Source of the DNA: Escherichia coli
GTDB taxonomy: Bacteria; Pseudomonadota; Gammaproteobacteria; Enterobacterales; Enterobacteriaceae
Direction: 5' to 3' (one strand)
DNA length: 64,000 nucleotides
Assembly: GCF_009931435.1 (NCBI RefSeq)
Contig: NZ_CP043414.1
The position numbers and the translations under genes are program-made. The first letter of the stretch is position 1; every line of letters begins with the position of its first letter. Positions 10,408-23,006 of this stretch are shown here, one piece after another. The notes under the pieces are model-generated. The model was not told the origin of the DNA, ran no database searches, and saw only the letters and a program-made list of their open reading frames with translations.

Positions 10408-11052
10408 ATGGCTCGCACAAAACTGAAATTCCGGCTGCATCGGGCAGTGATTGTCCTGTTCTGTCTTGCCTTGTTAGTGGCGCTGATGCAGGGGGCATCA
10501 TGGTTTAGTCAAAACCACCAGCGACAGCGTAATCCACAGCTGGAAGAACTGGCCCGCACCCTGGCGCGGCAGGTAACGCTGAACGTTGCGCCGCTGATGC
10601 GCACCGACTCGCCGGATGAAAAACGTATTCAGGCGATCCTCGATCAGTTAACGGATGAAAGCCGCATCCTCGACGCGGGCGTGTATGACGAACAAGGCGA
10701 TCTTATCGCCCGTTCTGGCGAAAGCGTCGAAGTGCGTGACCGGCTGGCGCTCGACGGTAAAAAAGCGGGCGGCTATTTTAACCAGCAGATTGTCGAACCC
10801 ATTGCAGGGAAAAATGGTCCGCTTGGCTATCTGCGCCTGACGCTCGACACCCATACGCTCGCCACCGAAGCTCAACAGGTGGATAACACCACTAACATTT
10901 TACGCCTGATGTTGTTGCTCTCGCTGGCAATCGGCGTGGTGCTGACCCGCACGCTGCTACAGGGTAAACGCACCCGCTGGCAGCAATCCCCCTTCCTGTT
11001 AACCGCCAGCAAACCGGTGCCGGAAGAGGAAGAAAGCGAGAAAAAAGAGTGA
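10408..11052 (+). CDS. ytjB: YtjB (Smp) membrane protein
   Basis: 214-aa ORF MARTKLKFRLHRAVIVLFCLALLVAL... with an N-terminal transmembrane segment; conserved position between serB and lplA. Confidence 0.85.
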   Translation: MARTKLKFRLHRAVIVLFCLALLVALMQGASWFSQNHQRQRNPQLEELARTLARQVTLNVAPLMRTDSPDEKRIQAILDQLTDESRILDAGVYDEQGDLIARSGESVEVRDRLALDGKKAGGYFNQQIVEPIAGKNGPLGYLRLTLDTHTLATEAQQVDNTTNILRLMLLLSLAIGVVLTRTLLQGKRTRWQQSPFLLTASKPVPEEEESEKKE

Positions 11053-11079
11053 CCCATTACTACAAGAAAGGAAATCGTT

Positions 11080-12096
11080 ATGTCCACATTACGCCTGCTC
11101 ATCTCTGACTCTTACGATCCGTGGTTTAACCTTGCGGTGGAAGAGTGTATTTTTCGCCAGATGCCCGCCACGCAGCGCGTTCTGTTTCTCTGGCGCAATG
11201 CTGACACCGTGGTGATTGGTCGCGCGCAGAACCCGTGGAAAGAGTGTAATACCCGGCGGATGGAAGAAGATAACGTTCGCCTGGCGCGGCGCAGTAGCGG
11301 TGGCGGCGCGGTGTTCCACGATCTCGGCAATACCTGTTTTACCTTCATGGCTGGCAAGCCGGAATACGATAAAACGATCTCCACCTCGATTGTGCTCAAT
11401 GCACTGAACGCGCTCGGTGTCAGCGCCGAAGCGTCCGGACGTAACGATTTGGTGGTGAAAACCGCCGAAGGCGACCGTAAAGTCTCAGGCTCGGCCTATC
11501 GCGAAACCAAAGATCGTGGCTTCCATCACGGCACCTTGCTACTCAATGCCGACCTTAGCCGCCTGGCAAACTATCTCAACCCGGATAAAAAGAAACTGGC
11601 GGCGAAAGGCATTACGTCGGTACGTTCCCGCGTGACCAATCTGACCGAATTGCTGCCGGGAATTACCCATGAGCAGGTTTGCGAAGCCATAACCGAGGCC
11701 TTTTTCGCCCATTATGGCGAGCGTGTAGAAGCGGAAATTATCTCCCCGGACAAAACGCCGGACTTGCCGAACTTCGCCGAAACCTTTGCCCGCCAGAGTA
11801 GCTGGGAATGGAATTTCGGACAGGCTCCAGCGTTCTCGCATCTGCTGGATGAACGCTTTACCTGGGGCGGCGTAGAACTGCATTTCGACGTCGAAAAAGG
11901 CCATATCACCCGCGCCCAGGTGTTTACCGATAGCCTCAACCCCGCACCTCTGGAAGCTCTCGCCGGACGACTGCAAGGCTGCCTGTACCGCGCTGACATG
12001 CTGCAACAAGAGTGTGAAGCGCTGTTGGTTGACTTCCCTGAACAGGAAAAAGAGCTACGGGAGTTGTCGACGTGGATAGCGGGAGCGGTACGGTAA
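11080..12096 (+). CDS. lplA: Lipoate-protein ligase A
   Basis: 338-aa [31 protein letters not shown]... matches LplA as recalled. Confidence 0.95.
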   Translation: MSTLRLLISDSYDPWFNLAVEECIFRQMPATQRVLFLWRNADTVVIGRAQNPWKECNTRRMEEDNVRLARRSSGGGAVFHDLGNTCFTFMAGKPEYDKTISTSIVLNALNALGVSAEASGRNDLVVKTAEGDRKVSGSAYRETKDRGFHHGTLLLNADLSRLANYLNPDKKKLAAKGITSVRSRVTNLTELLPGITHEQVCEAITEAFFAHYGERVEAEIISPDKTPDLPNFAETFARQSSWEWNFGQAPAFSHLLDERFTWGGVELHFDVEKGHITRAQVFTDSLNPAPLEALAGRLQGCLYRADMLQQECEALLVDFPEQEKELRELSTWIAGAVR

Positions 12097-12127
12097 CTCG
12101 CTGATTAAAATATCCAGGGAAGGAAAT

Positions 12128-12391
12128 ATGATCGATTTGAAGAACCAGGAACGGGAGATTATCAATTTAATGTTCAGCCAGGGTATATCCTGACTAACCG
12201 CCGTGCGTATCAGGCATAAACTATCACTTGCTGAAGTTAGTAAAATGTTGGGTATCTCGATTAATTCTCTAAAACAAATCGAAAAGACGGAACGGCTTAG
12301 TTCAAACATCAAAAACAAAATGGCAGGAATTTATGGTTGTCCGCCAGAGTTGCTGATATGCCCTTACTGGATGACGGCTGAACATAAATGA
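12128..12391 (+). pseudogene. Small HTH (XRE-like) reading frame interrupted by one in-frame TGA; possible remnant
   Basis: ATG 12128 gives MIDLKNQEREIINLMFSQGIS, then TGA at 12191-12193, then the same frame continues ...RIRHKLSLAEVSKMLGISINSLKQIEKTERL... to 12391; K-12 has yjjJ at this junction as far as I recall. Confidence 0.3.
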
Positions 12392-12489
12392 ATAGATTCG
12401 TGAATAGATACTCGAATGGATTTAATTTTCTATCTATATGAAAAATAATAGTAAATCTATAAATCAGTCGCTATTGATGAATAGATACT

Positions 12490-12518
12490 AAAAAGCCGGA
12501 GCGGTCTCCCGCTCCGGC
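12490..12518 (-). terminator. Rho-independent terminator of deoD
   Basis: GCCGGAGCGG-TCTC-CCGCTCCGGC hairpin followed by a T-run on the minus strand, about 35 nt downstream of the deoD stop. Confidence 0.6.
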
Positions 12519-12551
12519 TTCACACGACAATCGCCTTTCAGCGAAACACAA

Positions 12552-13271
12552 TTACTCTTTATCGCCCAGCAGAACGGATTCCAGTGCGATTTTGATCATG
12601 TCGTTGAAGGTGGTCTGACGCTCAGCGGCAGTGGTTTGCTCGTGAGTGCGGATGTGGTCAGACACGGTGCAGATGGTCAGGGCTTTCGCGCCAAACTCTG
12701 CAGCCACGCCGTAGATACCAGCCGCTTCCATTTCCACGCCGAGGATGCCGTATTTTTCCATCACGTCGAACATTTCGCCGTCCGGAGAGTAGAACAGGTC
12801 AGCGGAGAACAGGTTACCAACGCGAGCATCAATGCCCAGTGCTTTAGCTGCATCTACCGCGTTACGCACCATGTCGAAGTCAGCGATAGCTGCAAAGTCA
12901 TGGTCTTTAAAACGGATGCGGTTAACTTTGGAATCGGTGCAGGCACCCATACCAATCACTACGTCACGCAGTTTTACGTGCGGCAGAACTGCGCCACAGG
13001 AACCAACGCGAATGATTTTCTTCACGCCGAAATCGGTGATCAGTTCTTTAGTGTAGATGGAGCAGGACGGGATACCCATACCGTGGCCCATTACAGAAAT
13101 TTTGCGGCCTTTGTAAGTACCGGTGAAGCCCAGCATACCGCGAACGTTGTTCACTTCACGAGCATCTTCAAGGAAAGTTTCAGCAATATACTTCGCACGC
13201 AGCGGGTCGCCTGGCATCAAAACTACGTCAGCGAAATCGCCCATTTCTGCATTAATGTGTGGAGTAGCCAT
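12552..13271 (-). CDS. deoD: Purine nucleoside phosphorylase DeoD
   Basis: Start placed at [33 protein letters not shown]... (239 aa). Confidence 0.95.
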
Positions 13272-13327
13272 CATTTTATCCTTTTTGTGACATATTAAAG
13301 GCGGAGTCACTGCTCCGCCCAAATCCA

Positions 13328-14572
<1,245 letters not shown>

Positions 14573-14602
14573 TCAAATTTAAATGATCAGATCAGTATAC
14601 CG

Positions 14603-15925
14603 TTATTCGCTGATACGGCGATAGACAGTTGGTGTGCTTTCCGGTGCTTTATCGGCAAGTTTAATTGCCGCTTTCACCGCTTTCGCCGCTTCCTGCCAGC
14701 TGTTTTCGTCTTTCGCGTGGATAACCGCCAGCGGACGCTGGCCGTCGACCTGGTCGCCCAGACGCGCCATATCAGTAAAGCCGACGCTGTAATCGATGGT
14801 GTCAGATGCCTGACGGCGACCGCCGCCCATTGCAACCACTGCCATTCCCAGCGCGCGGGTATCCATTTCACTGACAAAACCTTCGGTATCAGCATAGACT
14901 GCTTTCGTCAGCATCGCTGTCGGCAGATACTTCGCGTAGTTCTCAACGAAGTCGGTCGGGCCTTTTTGTGCTGCCACCATACGACCAAAGACTTCTGCCG
15001 CTTTACCGTTGTCCAGCACCGCCTGCAATTTCGCGCGCGCTTCGGCGTCATCTTTCGCCAGTTTGCCGGAGATCAACATCTCCACGCACAGTGCCATCGT
15101 GACATCAAACAGACGCGGGTTACGGTACTCACCTGTCAGGAACTGCACCGCTTCACGTACTTCAACCGCGTTACCGGCACTGGAGGCCAGCACCTGATTC
15201 ATGTCGGTGAGTAGCGCGGTGGTGCGCACGCCAGCGCCGTTAGCCACGCCAACAATCGCTTCGGCAAGGGCTTCAGAGAGTTCGTAGGTCGGCATAAATG
15301 CACCGCTACCCACTTTCACGTCCATCACCAGTGCATCCAGACCTTCCGCCAGTTTCTTCGCCAGGATCGAGGCAGTGATCAGCGGGATGGAATCCACGGT
15401 TGCGGTAATATCGCGGGTCGCATAGAAACGTTTATCCGCCGGAGCCAGTGAACTGGTCTGGCCAATAATCGCCACGCCAACATCTTTAATAATTTCGCGG
15501 AAACGGTTGTCATCTGGGAAGATGTCGAAGCCAGGGATGGATTCCAGTTTGTCGAGCGTACCGCCAGTATGGCCGAGGCCGCGACCGGAGATCATCGGAA
15601 TATAGCCACCGCAGGCAGCGACCATTGGCCCCAACATCAGCGAAGTCACATCGCCGACGCCGCCGGTCGAGTGTTTATCAACAATCGGGCCATTCAGATG
15701 CAGGCTTTTCCAGTCGAGAACGGTTCCTGAATCTCGCATCGCCATCGTCAGCGAGACACGCTCCGGCATTGTCATATCGTGGAAGAAAATGGTCATCGCG
15801 AGAGCGGCAATCTGCCCTTCGGAGATAGTGTTGTCGCGAATGCCGTTGATAAAGAAGCGAATTTCTTCATCGCTCAGCGCATGACCATCACGTTTTTTAC
15901 GAATAATTTCTTGTGCGAGAAACAA
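14603..15925 (-). CDS. deoA: Thymidine phosphorylase DeoA
   Basis: 440-aa ORF with a TTG start, (M)[28 protein letters not shown]... Confidence 0.95.
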
Positions 15926-15949
15926 GGTAACCTCCCGTGGAATAAGTTT

Positions 15950-16075
15950 GAAGGCGTTGTTGCCAGATGGCGGATGTTGTTATTGCCTGATGCGATGCTG
16001 ACGCATCTTACAAGGCCTACACGGCACTCGACCCGTAGGCCGGATAAGGCGTTCGCGCCGCATCCGGCATCCACC
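15950..16075. repeat. REP/BIME elements in the deoC-deoA intergenic region
   Basis: REP-type palindromes GCCTGATGCGATGCTGACGCATCTTACAAGGCCTAC and GTAGGCCGGATAAGGCGTTCGCGCCGCATCCGGCA. Confidence 0.5.
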
Positions 16076-16092
16076 CTCTGGCAAAAGGCAGC

Positions 16093-16872
16093 TTAGTAGC
16101 TGCTGGCGCTCTTACCGTCGCCGTGGCCCAGCGCTTTCAGCAAGCTTGCCAGCAGGCTGGAAGCACCAAAGCGGTAGTGACGCGCATCTGCCCAGTCAGC
16201 ACCGAAAAGTTCATCTGCAATCGCGAGATATTTCTGCGCATCTTCCGCAGTACGCACGCCGCCCGCAGGTTTGAAACCAACGGTTTTCTCTACGCCCATA
16301 TCACGGATCACTTCCATCATGATGCGCGCGCTTTCCGGCGTCGCGTTCACTGCTACTTTACCGGTAGAGGTTTTGATGAAATCAGCACCCGCTTTAATGG
16401 AGATTTCAGACGCTTTACGGATCAGCGCTTCGTCTTTCAGTTCGCCGGTTTCAATAATCACTTTCAGCAGTACGTTCGCTGCTGCGCAAGCCTCTTTACA
16501 GGCTTTCACCAGATCAAAACCAACCTGCTCGTTACCCGCCATCAGTGCACGGTACGGGAACACTACGTCAACTTCATCGGCACCGTAGGCGATTGCCGCA
16601 CGGGTTTCTGCCAGCGCGATTTCGATGTCGTCGTTACCGTGTGGGAAGTTAGTTACCGTAGCGATACGGATTTCCGGGGTGCCCTGCTCTTTCAGCGTTT
16701 TGCGAGCAATCGGGATAAAGCGAGGGTAGATACAGATAGCGGCGGTATTGCCGACCGGAGTTTTGGCCTGATGACACAGGGCGATCACTTTCTCGTCGGT
16801 ATCGTCGTCATTCAGGGTGGTCAGGTCCATCAATTTCAGTGCACGCAGGCTGCTTGCTTTCAGATCAGTCAT
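16093..16872 (-). CDS. deoC: Deoxyribose-phosphate aldolase DeoC
   Basis: Start placed at [29 protein letters not shown]... (259 aa). Confidence 0.95.
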
Positions 16873-16916
16873 TTCATTCTCCTGGCTTGTCGCCAATAAA
16901 ATTCACCTTGCGAGTT

Positions 16917-16932
16917 TGTTAGTATTCTAACA
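16917..16932. promoter_or_regulatory. DeoR operator O2 (deoP2)
   Basis: TGTTAGTATTCTAACA, 15 of 16 matches to the DeoR palindrome; centre lies 599 bp from O1. Confidence 0.6.
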
Positions 16933-17129
16933 TCGACTCCGCAACACACTTCGATATACATCACAATTAAGGAAATCTACTTACAAAATTGCATTACTGT
17001 AATGCGATCTGGTTCAAATAATTCACTTTCAAATGAATGCGTCAGTGGTGGCAAACGCATCAGGATCAAAGTGAACATCACGAAACTTCTTACAATGGCG
17101 CATCACCTTCGGCATAAAAGGAACAGAAG

Positions 17130-18680
17130 ATGCCCACTTCTCATGAAAATGCACTGCAACAACGTTGCCAGCAAATTGTCACCAGCCCGGTACTTAGCCC
17201 GGAGCAGAAACGCCATTTTCTGGCGCTGGAAGCAGAAAACAATCTGCCTTACCCGGCGTTGCCTGCCGAAGCCCGCCGCGCGCTGGATGAAGGTGTAATC
17301 TGCGATATGTTTGAAGGTCATGCGCCGTATAAACCGCGCTATGTCTTACCCGATTACGCCCGTTTTTTGGCCAACGGTTCCGAATGGCTGGAGCTGGAAG
17401 GCGCAAAAGATCTTGATGACGCACTCTCTCTGCTGACCATTCTTTACCACCACGTTCCTTCGGTCACATCGATGCCGGTCTACCTGGGGCAACTGGATGC
17501 GTTGTTGCAACCGTATGTTAGAATTCTAACACAAAACGAGATCGATATTCGAATAAAACGTTTCTGGCGTTACCTCGACAGAACCCTGCCAGACGCCTTT
17601 ATGCACGCCAATATTGGCCCGTCTGATTCACCCATTACCCGTGCGATTTTACGCGCAGACGCAGAGCTGAAGCAGGTTTCACCGAACCTGACTTTTATCT
17701 ACGATCCTGAAATCACCCCTGATGACCTGCTGCTGGAAGTGGCGAAAAACATCTGTGAATGTAGCAAACCGCACATCGCCAACGGTCCCGTGCATGATAA
17801 AATTTTCACAAAAGGGAGCTACGGGATTGTGAGCTGTTACAACTCACTGCCGCTGGCGGGTGGTGGCAGTACGCTGGTACGCCTCAACCTGAAAGCCATT
17901 GCCGAGCGCAGCGAATCGCTGGATGACTTCTTTACGCGCACTCTACCGCACTACTGCCAACAGCAGATCGCCATCATCGATGCGCGGTGTGAATTCCTCT
18001 ATCAACAATCACACTTCTTTGAGAATAGCTTCCTGGTGAAAGAAGGGCTGATTAACCCTGAACGTTTTGTGCCAATGTTTGGCATGTACGGACTGGCAGA
18101 AGCGGTTAACTTGTTGTGTGAGAAAGAAGGAATTGCCGCACGTTACGGTAAAGAAGCCGCTGCGAATGAAGTGGGTTATCGCATTAGCGCGCAACTGGCG
18201 GAGTTTGTCGCCAATACCCCCGTGAAATATGGCTGGCAAAATCGCGCCATGCTACACGCACAGTCGGGGATAAGTTCCGATATCGGCACCACGCCGGGCG
18301 CGCGTTTGCCGTATGGCGATGAGCCAGATCCGATCACCCATCTGCAAACTGTCGCCCCGCATCATGCTTATTATTATTCCGGCATCAGCGACATTTTGAC
18401 GCTCGACGAAACCATCAAACGTAATCCGCAGGCGCTGGTACAGCTTTGCCTCGGTGCCTTTAAAGCCGGAATGCGTGAATTTACCGCCAATGTCAGCGGT
18501 AACGATCTGGTTCGCGTTACCGGTTATATGGTGCGTTTGTCGGATTTAGAAAAATATCGTGCCGAAGGTTCACGTACCAATACCACCTGGCTGGGAGAAG
18601 AAGCCGCACGCAACACTCGTATTCTGGAACGCCAGCCGCGCGTGATAAGCCATGAACAGCAGATGCGCTTTAGTCAGTAA
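17130..18680 (+). CDS. yjjI: YjjI, glycine-radical-enzyme-like protein (DUF3029)
   Basis: 516-aa [20 protein letters not shown]..., divergent from deoC and followed by its activase yjjW. Confidence 0.85.
   Translation: MPTSHENALQQRCQQIVTSPVLSPEQKRHFLALEAENNLPYPALPAEARRALDEGVICDMFEGHAPYKPRYVLPDYARFLANGSEWLELEGAKDLDDALSLLTILYHHVPSVTSMPVYLGQLDALLQPYVRILTQNEIDIRIKRFWRYLDRTLPDAFMHANIGPSDSPITRAILRADAELKQVSPNLTFIYDPEITPDDLLLEVAKNICECSKPHIANGPVHDKIFTKGSYGIVSCYNSLPLAGGGSTLVRLNLKAIAERSESLDDFFTRTLPHYCQQQIAIIDARCEFLYQQSHFFENSFLVKEGLINPERFVPMFGMYGLAEAVNLLCEKEGIAARYGKEAAANEVGYRISAQLAEFVANTPVKYGWQNRAMLHAQSGISSDIGTTPGARLPYGDEPDPITHLQTVAPHHAYYYSGISDILTLDETIKRNPQALVQLCLGAFKAGMREFTANVSGNDLVRVTGYMVRLSDLEKYRAEGSRTNTTWLGEEAARNTRILERQPRVISHEQQMRFSQ
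17516..17531. promoter_or_regulatory. DeoR operator O1 (deoP1)
   Basis: Perfect palindrome TGTTAGAATTCTAACA; spacing to O2 is 599 bp as published for the deo operon; lies inside the yjjI reading frame. Confidence 0.65.
17795..17810. promoter_or_regulatory. Candidate DeoR distal operator OE
   Basis: TGATAAAATTTTCACA, 12 of 16 matches; centre lies 878 bp from O2, the published O2-OE distance. Confidence 0.4.
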
Positions 18681-19515
18681 GATTATCCCCTTCTCCTGCG
18701 TTGACGGGCCAGGCAGTCGTCTGGCTCTGTTTTTACAGGGCTGCAATCTGCGCTGCAAAAACTGTCACAATCCGTGGACGATGGGGCGCTGTAATGATTG
18801 CGGTAAGTGCGTGCCACAGTGTCCGCATCAGGCGTTGCAGATTATTAACAGCAAAGTAGTGTGGAACGCAGCCGTCTGCGAGCAGTGTGATACCTGTCTG
18901 AAGATGTGTCCGCAACATGCCACGCCGATGGCGCAATCCATGAGCGTGGATGAGGTGCTTAGACATATCCGCAAAGCGGTGCTGTTTATCGAAGGGATAA
19001 CGGTAAGCGGCGGCGAAGCCACGACCCAGCTGCCGTTTGTGGTGGCGCTTTTTACTGCCATCAAAAACGATCCGCAACTGTGCCATCTCACCTGTCTGGT
19101 GGACAGTAACGGCATGTTGAGAGAAACCGGCTGGGAAAAATTGCTCCCGGTGTGCGACGGCGCGATGCTCGATCTCAAAGCGTGGGGAAGCGAATGTCAT
19201 CAGCAGCTAACCGGACGCGATAATCAGCAGATCAAGCGCAGCATTAGTCTGCTTGCCGAGCGCGGCAAACTGGCAGAACTGCGTTTGCTGGTAATCCCAG
19301 GCCATGTGGATTATTTGCAGCATATCGATGAGCTGGCGGCGTTTATCAAGGGACTTGGCGATGTTCCGGTACGCCTGAACGCGTTTCATGCTCACGGCGT
19401 GTATGGCGAGGCGCAAAGCTGGGCGAGCGCCACGCCGGAAGACGTTAAGCAATTGGCTGATGCGTTACGGGAGCACGGGGTGAGCCGATTAATATTTCCG
19501 GCGCTGTATTTGTGA
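18652..19515 (+). CDS. yjjW: Glycyl-radical enzyme activating protein (radical SAM) YjjW
   Basis: 287 aa; radical SAM motif CNLRCKNC plus ferredoxin-like cysteine clusters; overlaps the yjjI 3' end. Confidence 0.85.
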   Translation: MNSRCALVSKIIPFSCVDGPGSRLALFLQGCNLRCKNCHNPWTMGRCNDCGKCVPQCPHQALQIINSKVVWNAAVCEQCDTCLKMCPQHATPMAQSMSVDEVLRHIRKAVLFIEGITVSGGEATTQLPFVVALFTAIKNDPQLCHLTCLVDSNGMLRETGWEKLLPVCDGAMLDLKAWGSECHQQLTGRDNQQIKRSISLLAERGKLAELRLLVIPGHVDYLQHIDELAAFIKGLGDVPVRLNAFHAHGVYGEAQSWASATPEDVKQLADALREHGVSRLIFPALYL

Positions 19516-19516
19516 C

Positions 19517-19735
19517 ATGGCGGATGCAGCCTACGGTTCGGCACAGACCTGTAGGCATGATAAGACGCGTCAGCGTCGCATCAGGCATTGTGCGCCAACT
19601 GCCGGATGCGGCGTGAACGCCTTATCCGGCCTACGGTTCGGCACAGACTTGTAGGCATGATAAGACGCGTCAGCGTCGCATCAGGCATTGTGCGCCGACT
19701 GCCGGATGCGGTGTGAACGCCTTATCCGGCTTACG
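19517..19735. repeat. Tandemly duplicated REP/BIME cluster (two ~100-bp units)
   Basis: Unit CCTACGGTTCGGCACAGAC(C/T)TGTAGGCATGATAAGACGCGTCAGCGTCGCATCAGGCATTGTGCGCC(A/G)ACTGCCGGATGCGG(C/T)GTGAACGCCTTATCCGGC occurs twice, about 19529-19628 and 19629-19730. Confidence 0.6.
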
Positions 19736-19744
19736 AAGGGCAGA

Positions 19745-20527
19745 CTACCCACGAACGTTAAACACCGCATACGTGTTATTAAGCAACACTTCGGCAATCT
19801 CATCCGCGGGTTCCGGGCGTAACTCGCACAGCACGGCAAACACACGGGCGGCCTGTTCAGGGCGATTAGGCTGCCCCTGAAAACCATTGAGCGGCATATC
19901 CGGTGCGTCGGTTTCCAACAACAACGATGCCAACGGTAATTTTGCGATGACATCGCGGGTTTTACTGGCGCGTGGATAGGTGATAGTACCGCCTACGCCA
20001 ATTTTGTAGCCCAGCTGCACAAACCGTTCGGCCTGTTGCTGGCTGCCAGAAAAACCATGAACCACACCAGTGCGTGGCAAATTTTGGCGTTTAAGATGCA
20101 TCGCCAGTTTGTCGTGCGTGCGCCGTGAATGAAGGATCACCGGCAGATCGTAGCGTTTCGCCAGTTTCAGTTGTTCATCAAGCAACCTCTGCTGCCTCTC
20201 AAATTGCGGATCGTCACCAAAGAGATCCAGGCCGATCTCCCCCACCGCCACCACCTTCGTCGGACGTCTTTCCAACGCCTGCTGTAATTGATCCAGCGAT
20301 GCATCGTTATGTTTTTCCAACATCCCCGGATGCAACCCTAAAGCGGCATACAGTGGTTGATAATTTTCCGCTAACGCCTGCACACGGGCAAAATTTGCCG
20401 CCTCGGTGGCCGGAACAATGATCTTGCCTACGCCCGCTTGTGCCGCGCGTTGCAGGCTGGCCTCTTCATCGCCACTAAACGGCGGGAAATCAAAATGGCA
20501 GTGGGTGTCGATAAAACGGCAAATCAA
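19745..20527 (-). CDS. yjjV: TatD-family metal-dependent hydrolase YjjV
   Basis: 260-aa ORF MICRFIDTHCHFDFPPF... with TatD signature histidines. Confidence 0.85.
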   Translation of the reverse strand: MICRFIDTHCHFDFPPFSGDEEASLQRAAQAGVGKIIVPATEAANFARVQALAENYQPLYAALGLHPGMLEKHNDASLDQLQQALERRPTKVVAVGEIGLDLFGDDPQFERQQRLLDEQLKLAKRYDLPVILHSRRTHDKLAMHLKRQNLPRTGVVHGFSGSQQQAERFVQLGYKIGVGGTITYPRASKTRDVIAKLPLASLLLETDAPDMPLNGFQGQPNRPEQAARVFAVLCELRPEPADEIAEVLLNNTYAVFNVRG

Positions 20528-21597
20528 GCCAAATCCTCATTGTTAAATGTCGGGTCGTTCGCCTGTGGAGCGTCTATCACCTCGGTAACCAGCGTATCGT
20601 TGGCGACGGGTGCAGGCGGAATAACGATCGACTCCGGCGTCACCACCGGCACCAGATGGCGGCTCAGCGGCGCTTTTTCAGTCAATAACTTACCGACCGT
20701 TGCCAGAAAATAACGCCCGCATAAACGCCCAAGTTTATAGTCTTCACGCAGCGCCGGAATCCGACTGCCGAGCGCGATACTATGTAATGGCTTCGGCGGA
20801 TAAATTTCGAATATCCTCAACTGGCCCGGTGGTTTCTCAATAAATTGCTGAATCTCACGATAGCTGGTTTCATGATGCTGCACCAGATTGACCAGCGGCT
20901 GCAGGCTACTGTCACCCAACCAGCGTTCCATGCGTTTGAACCACTGCGGCGTATAGTACATTTGTGACGGCACAGTGCGGATGACGACCAACGTTTTTGC
21001 GCCCTGCCTTGCCGCCTCTTTAACCGGGATCGCATCACTGATCCCGCCATCCAGGTAATTAATGCCTTCCAGCGACACTCCGCTACGATAAAAGCCAGGT
21101 ATTGCACTGGAGGCGCGAATCACATCCAGCCAGTTCTGTTTGGTTGGCAAAAAGTAATTCGGCGCATAGTCATCCTGACGACAAGCGCACATATAAAACG
21201 ATTTGCCGCTGTCAAATAGCCGCGCTGCGGTGTCCATTTGCAACGGCATCTGGCTTGCGGTGGCCTCCACCAGCCAGTCGAGATCGATAAGATTTCCTCC
21301 ACGGACAAAGCGCAATGGATCGAAAAATTCGCGTTTTGTGGTATAGCGCATGATGACTTTGCGCGCGTAACCGGGCTGATTGCAGATATACGCCGAGAGG
21401 TTCTGCGCCCCGGCAGATGTGCCGAGATAAAGATCGAAAGGATTAAACTGCGCGCGCATAAACTCATCCAGCACGCCAGCTGTGAAAATTCCACGCTGCC
21501 CGCCGCCTTCGCACACCAGAGCTATTCGTCCAGGCTGGAACGGCCTTAGCGACAACGGCGCAATATTACCAAGCGTTACAGGTATTCGCTGCCCCAC
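20524..21597 (-). CDS. yjjU: Patatin-like phospholipase YjjU
   Basis: Patatin motifs GGGQRG and GTSAG; GTG start chosen to give (M)GQRIPVTLGNIAPL... (357 aa), track ORF starts at an upstream TTG. Confidence 0.8.
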   Translation of the reverse strand: MGQRIPVTLGNIAPLSLRPFQPGRIALVCEGGGQRGIFTAGVLDEFMRAQFNPFDLYLGTSAGAQNLSAYICNQPGYARKVIMRYTTKREFFDPLRFVRGGNLIDLDWLVEATASQMPLQMDTAARLFDSGKSFYMCACRQDDYAPNYFLPTKQNWLDVIRASSAIPGFYRSGVSLEGINYLDGGISDAIPVKEAARQGAKTLVVIRTVPSQMYYTPQWFKRMERWLGDSSLQPLVNLVQHHETSYREIQQFIEKPPGQLRIFEIYPPKPLHSIALGSRIPALREDYKLGRLCGRYFLATVGKLLTEKAPLSRHLVPVVTPESIVIPPAPVANDTLVTEVIDAPQANDPTFNNEDLA

Positions 21598-21718
21598 CTC
21601 TGCCTTCCTGTTTTTGTTGTGAAAGAATGACAAAGTAACGCAATTTATTATTCGCTAAAACCGCAAAAGCCAGTCCGCTGGACTGGCTTTGGATAAAATT
21701 TTCTTAATGGTCTGAAAT

Positions 21719-21880
21719 CTAGGGTCGTTTTCGGCCCATGAACAAACTCACCAGGAACAGAATAATCCCGACGACAAAGACAATTTTAGCTGCGCCCGCA
21801 GCGGTACCGGCCAGACCACCAAACCCAAGTGCGGCGGCGATTAACGCGATAACCAGAAATATGATGCCCCAACGAAACAT
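21719..21880 (-). CDS. ytjA: Small membrane protein YtjA (DUF1328)
   Basis: 53 aa [53 protein letters not shown]. Confidence 0.7.
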
Positions 21881-22008
21881 ATAAGCGTCTCCTTTACCAT
21901 AGTTAATGTCACCGCTTGATATGAGCGTGAAAATCACTCAATGCGATATTTTTAGTGTGGTGCACATCGCGCCTCCCGACAAAGTTCGGGAGGTCGAATT
22001 ACGACGAA

Positions 22009-22614
22009 TTACTTAGTTTTCAGATCATTTTTAACGCTTTTCACACCATCTACCGCTTTGGCGATACTTTCAGCACGGTCACTTTGTGCCTGAGAATCTA
22101 CGGTACCGGAGAGCTGAACCACGCCATCGGTGGTTTCAACTTTCACTTTACGTGAAGGGACGATATCGTCCGCCAGCAGCTTGGCTTTGATTTCACTGGT
22201 GGTGGCGGTGTCACCCGCGTAGCCCTTCACAGAACCTTCTTTAGCGTCGCGAACGTGCAGTTTGTCGCTGACAGAGGTCACGCCTTCAACGCCTTTCGCC
22301 ACTTTCACTGCCTCTTCGGCCTGGGCCTGGCTTTCAACGAAACCGCTCAGGGTCACGACTTTTTGATCGGTTTTGACAGAGATATCGGTGCTCTTGATGT
22401 TGTCATGATCCACCAGGGCCGCCTTCACTTTCGCGGTGATAGCGCTGTCATCCATGAAATTACCGACTTTATTCATAGAGCTATCGACTTTTTGCCCTGC
22501 GCTTTCATTGGTTGTGTGCGCGTTGTTTTCTGCGTAGGCAGAGCCGGTCGCGACGGCAGAGGTCAACATTACAGCCAGCAGAGTTTTCGAAATCTTCAGT
22601 CTTGTCATAGTCAT
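22009..22614 (-). CDS. osmY: Osmotically inducible periplasmic protein OsmY
   Basis: Start placed at [28 protein letters not shown] (signal peptide) followed by two BON domains; 201 aa. Confidence 0.9.
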   Translation of the reverse strand: MTMTRLKISKTLLAVMLTSAVATGSAYAENNAHTTNESAGQKVDSSMNKVGNFMDDSAITAKVKAALVDHDNIKSTDISVKTDQKVVTLSGFVESQAQAEEAVKVAKGVEGVTSVSDKLHVRDAKEGSVKGYAGDTATTSEIKAKLLADDIVPSRKVKVETTDGVVQLSGTVDSQAQSDRAESIAKAVDGVKSVKNDLKTK

Positions 22615-23006
22615 CGATTTATTCCTGTATGTTTGCTCGTAATTTGAGCCTGGCAACACGAGGTTGCATTGCTGAATAGGGAGAGACTTCACCCTCTACA
22701 GAAGTCAATGGTCGTTATCACAAAAGCGATGGCTGATGAATAACGACCATTACAGCCTCTGAATCAGTTATTAATATCGGTAGAATGACAATCGACGGCT
22801 TTAGATACTGATATCTACGCATTGAACGGTATTTAACGCCGTCAGAAATGTCATTACTTTGTTAAATATAGATCACAATTTTGAAACCGCTCGGGATATC
22901 CCCTAAAACATAAGCAAAAGTGAATGTTTTAAGAACATTCCGTAAGCGGCTAATAAGGAAGGGAAATTGACAGGGCGCAGCGGCTACCGCGCCCTGGAGG
23001 CAAGAA

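Noticed and set aside
16123-16899. 258-aa ORF on the plus strand
   Set aside because: Antisense to deoC.
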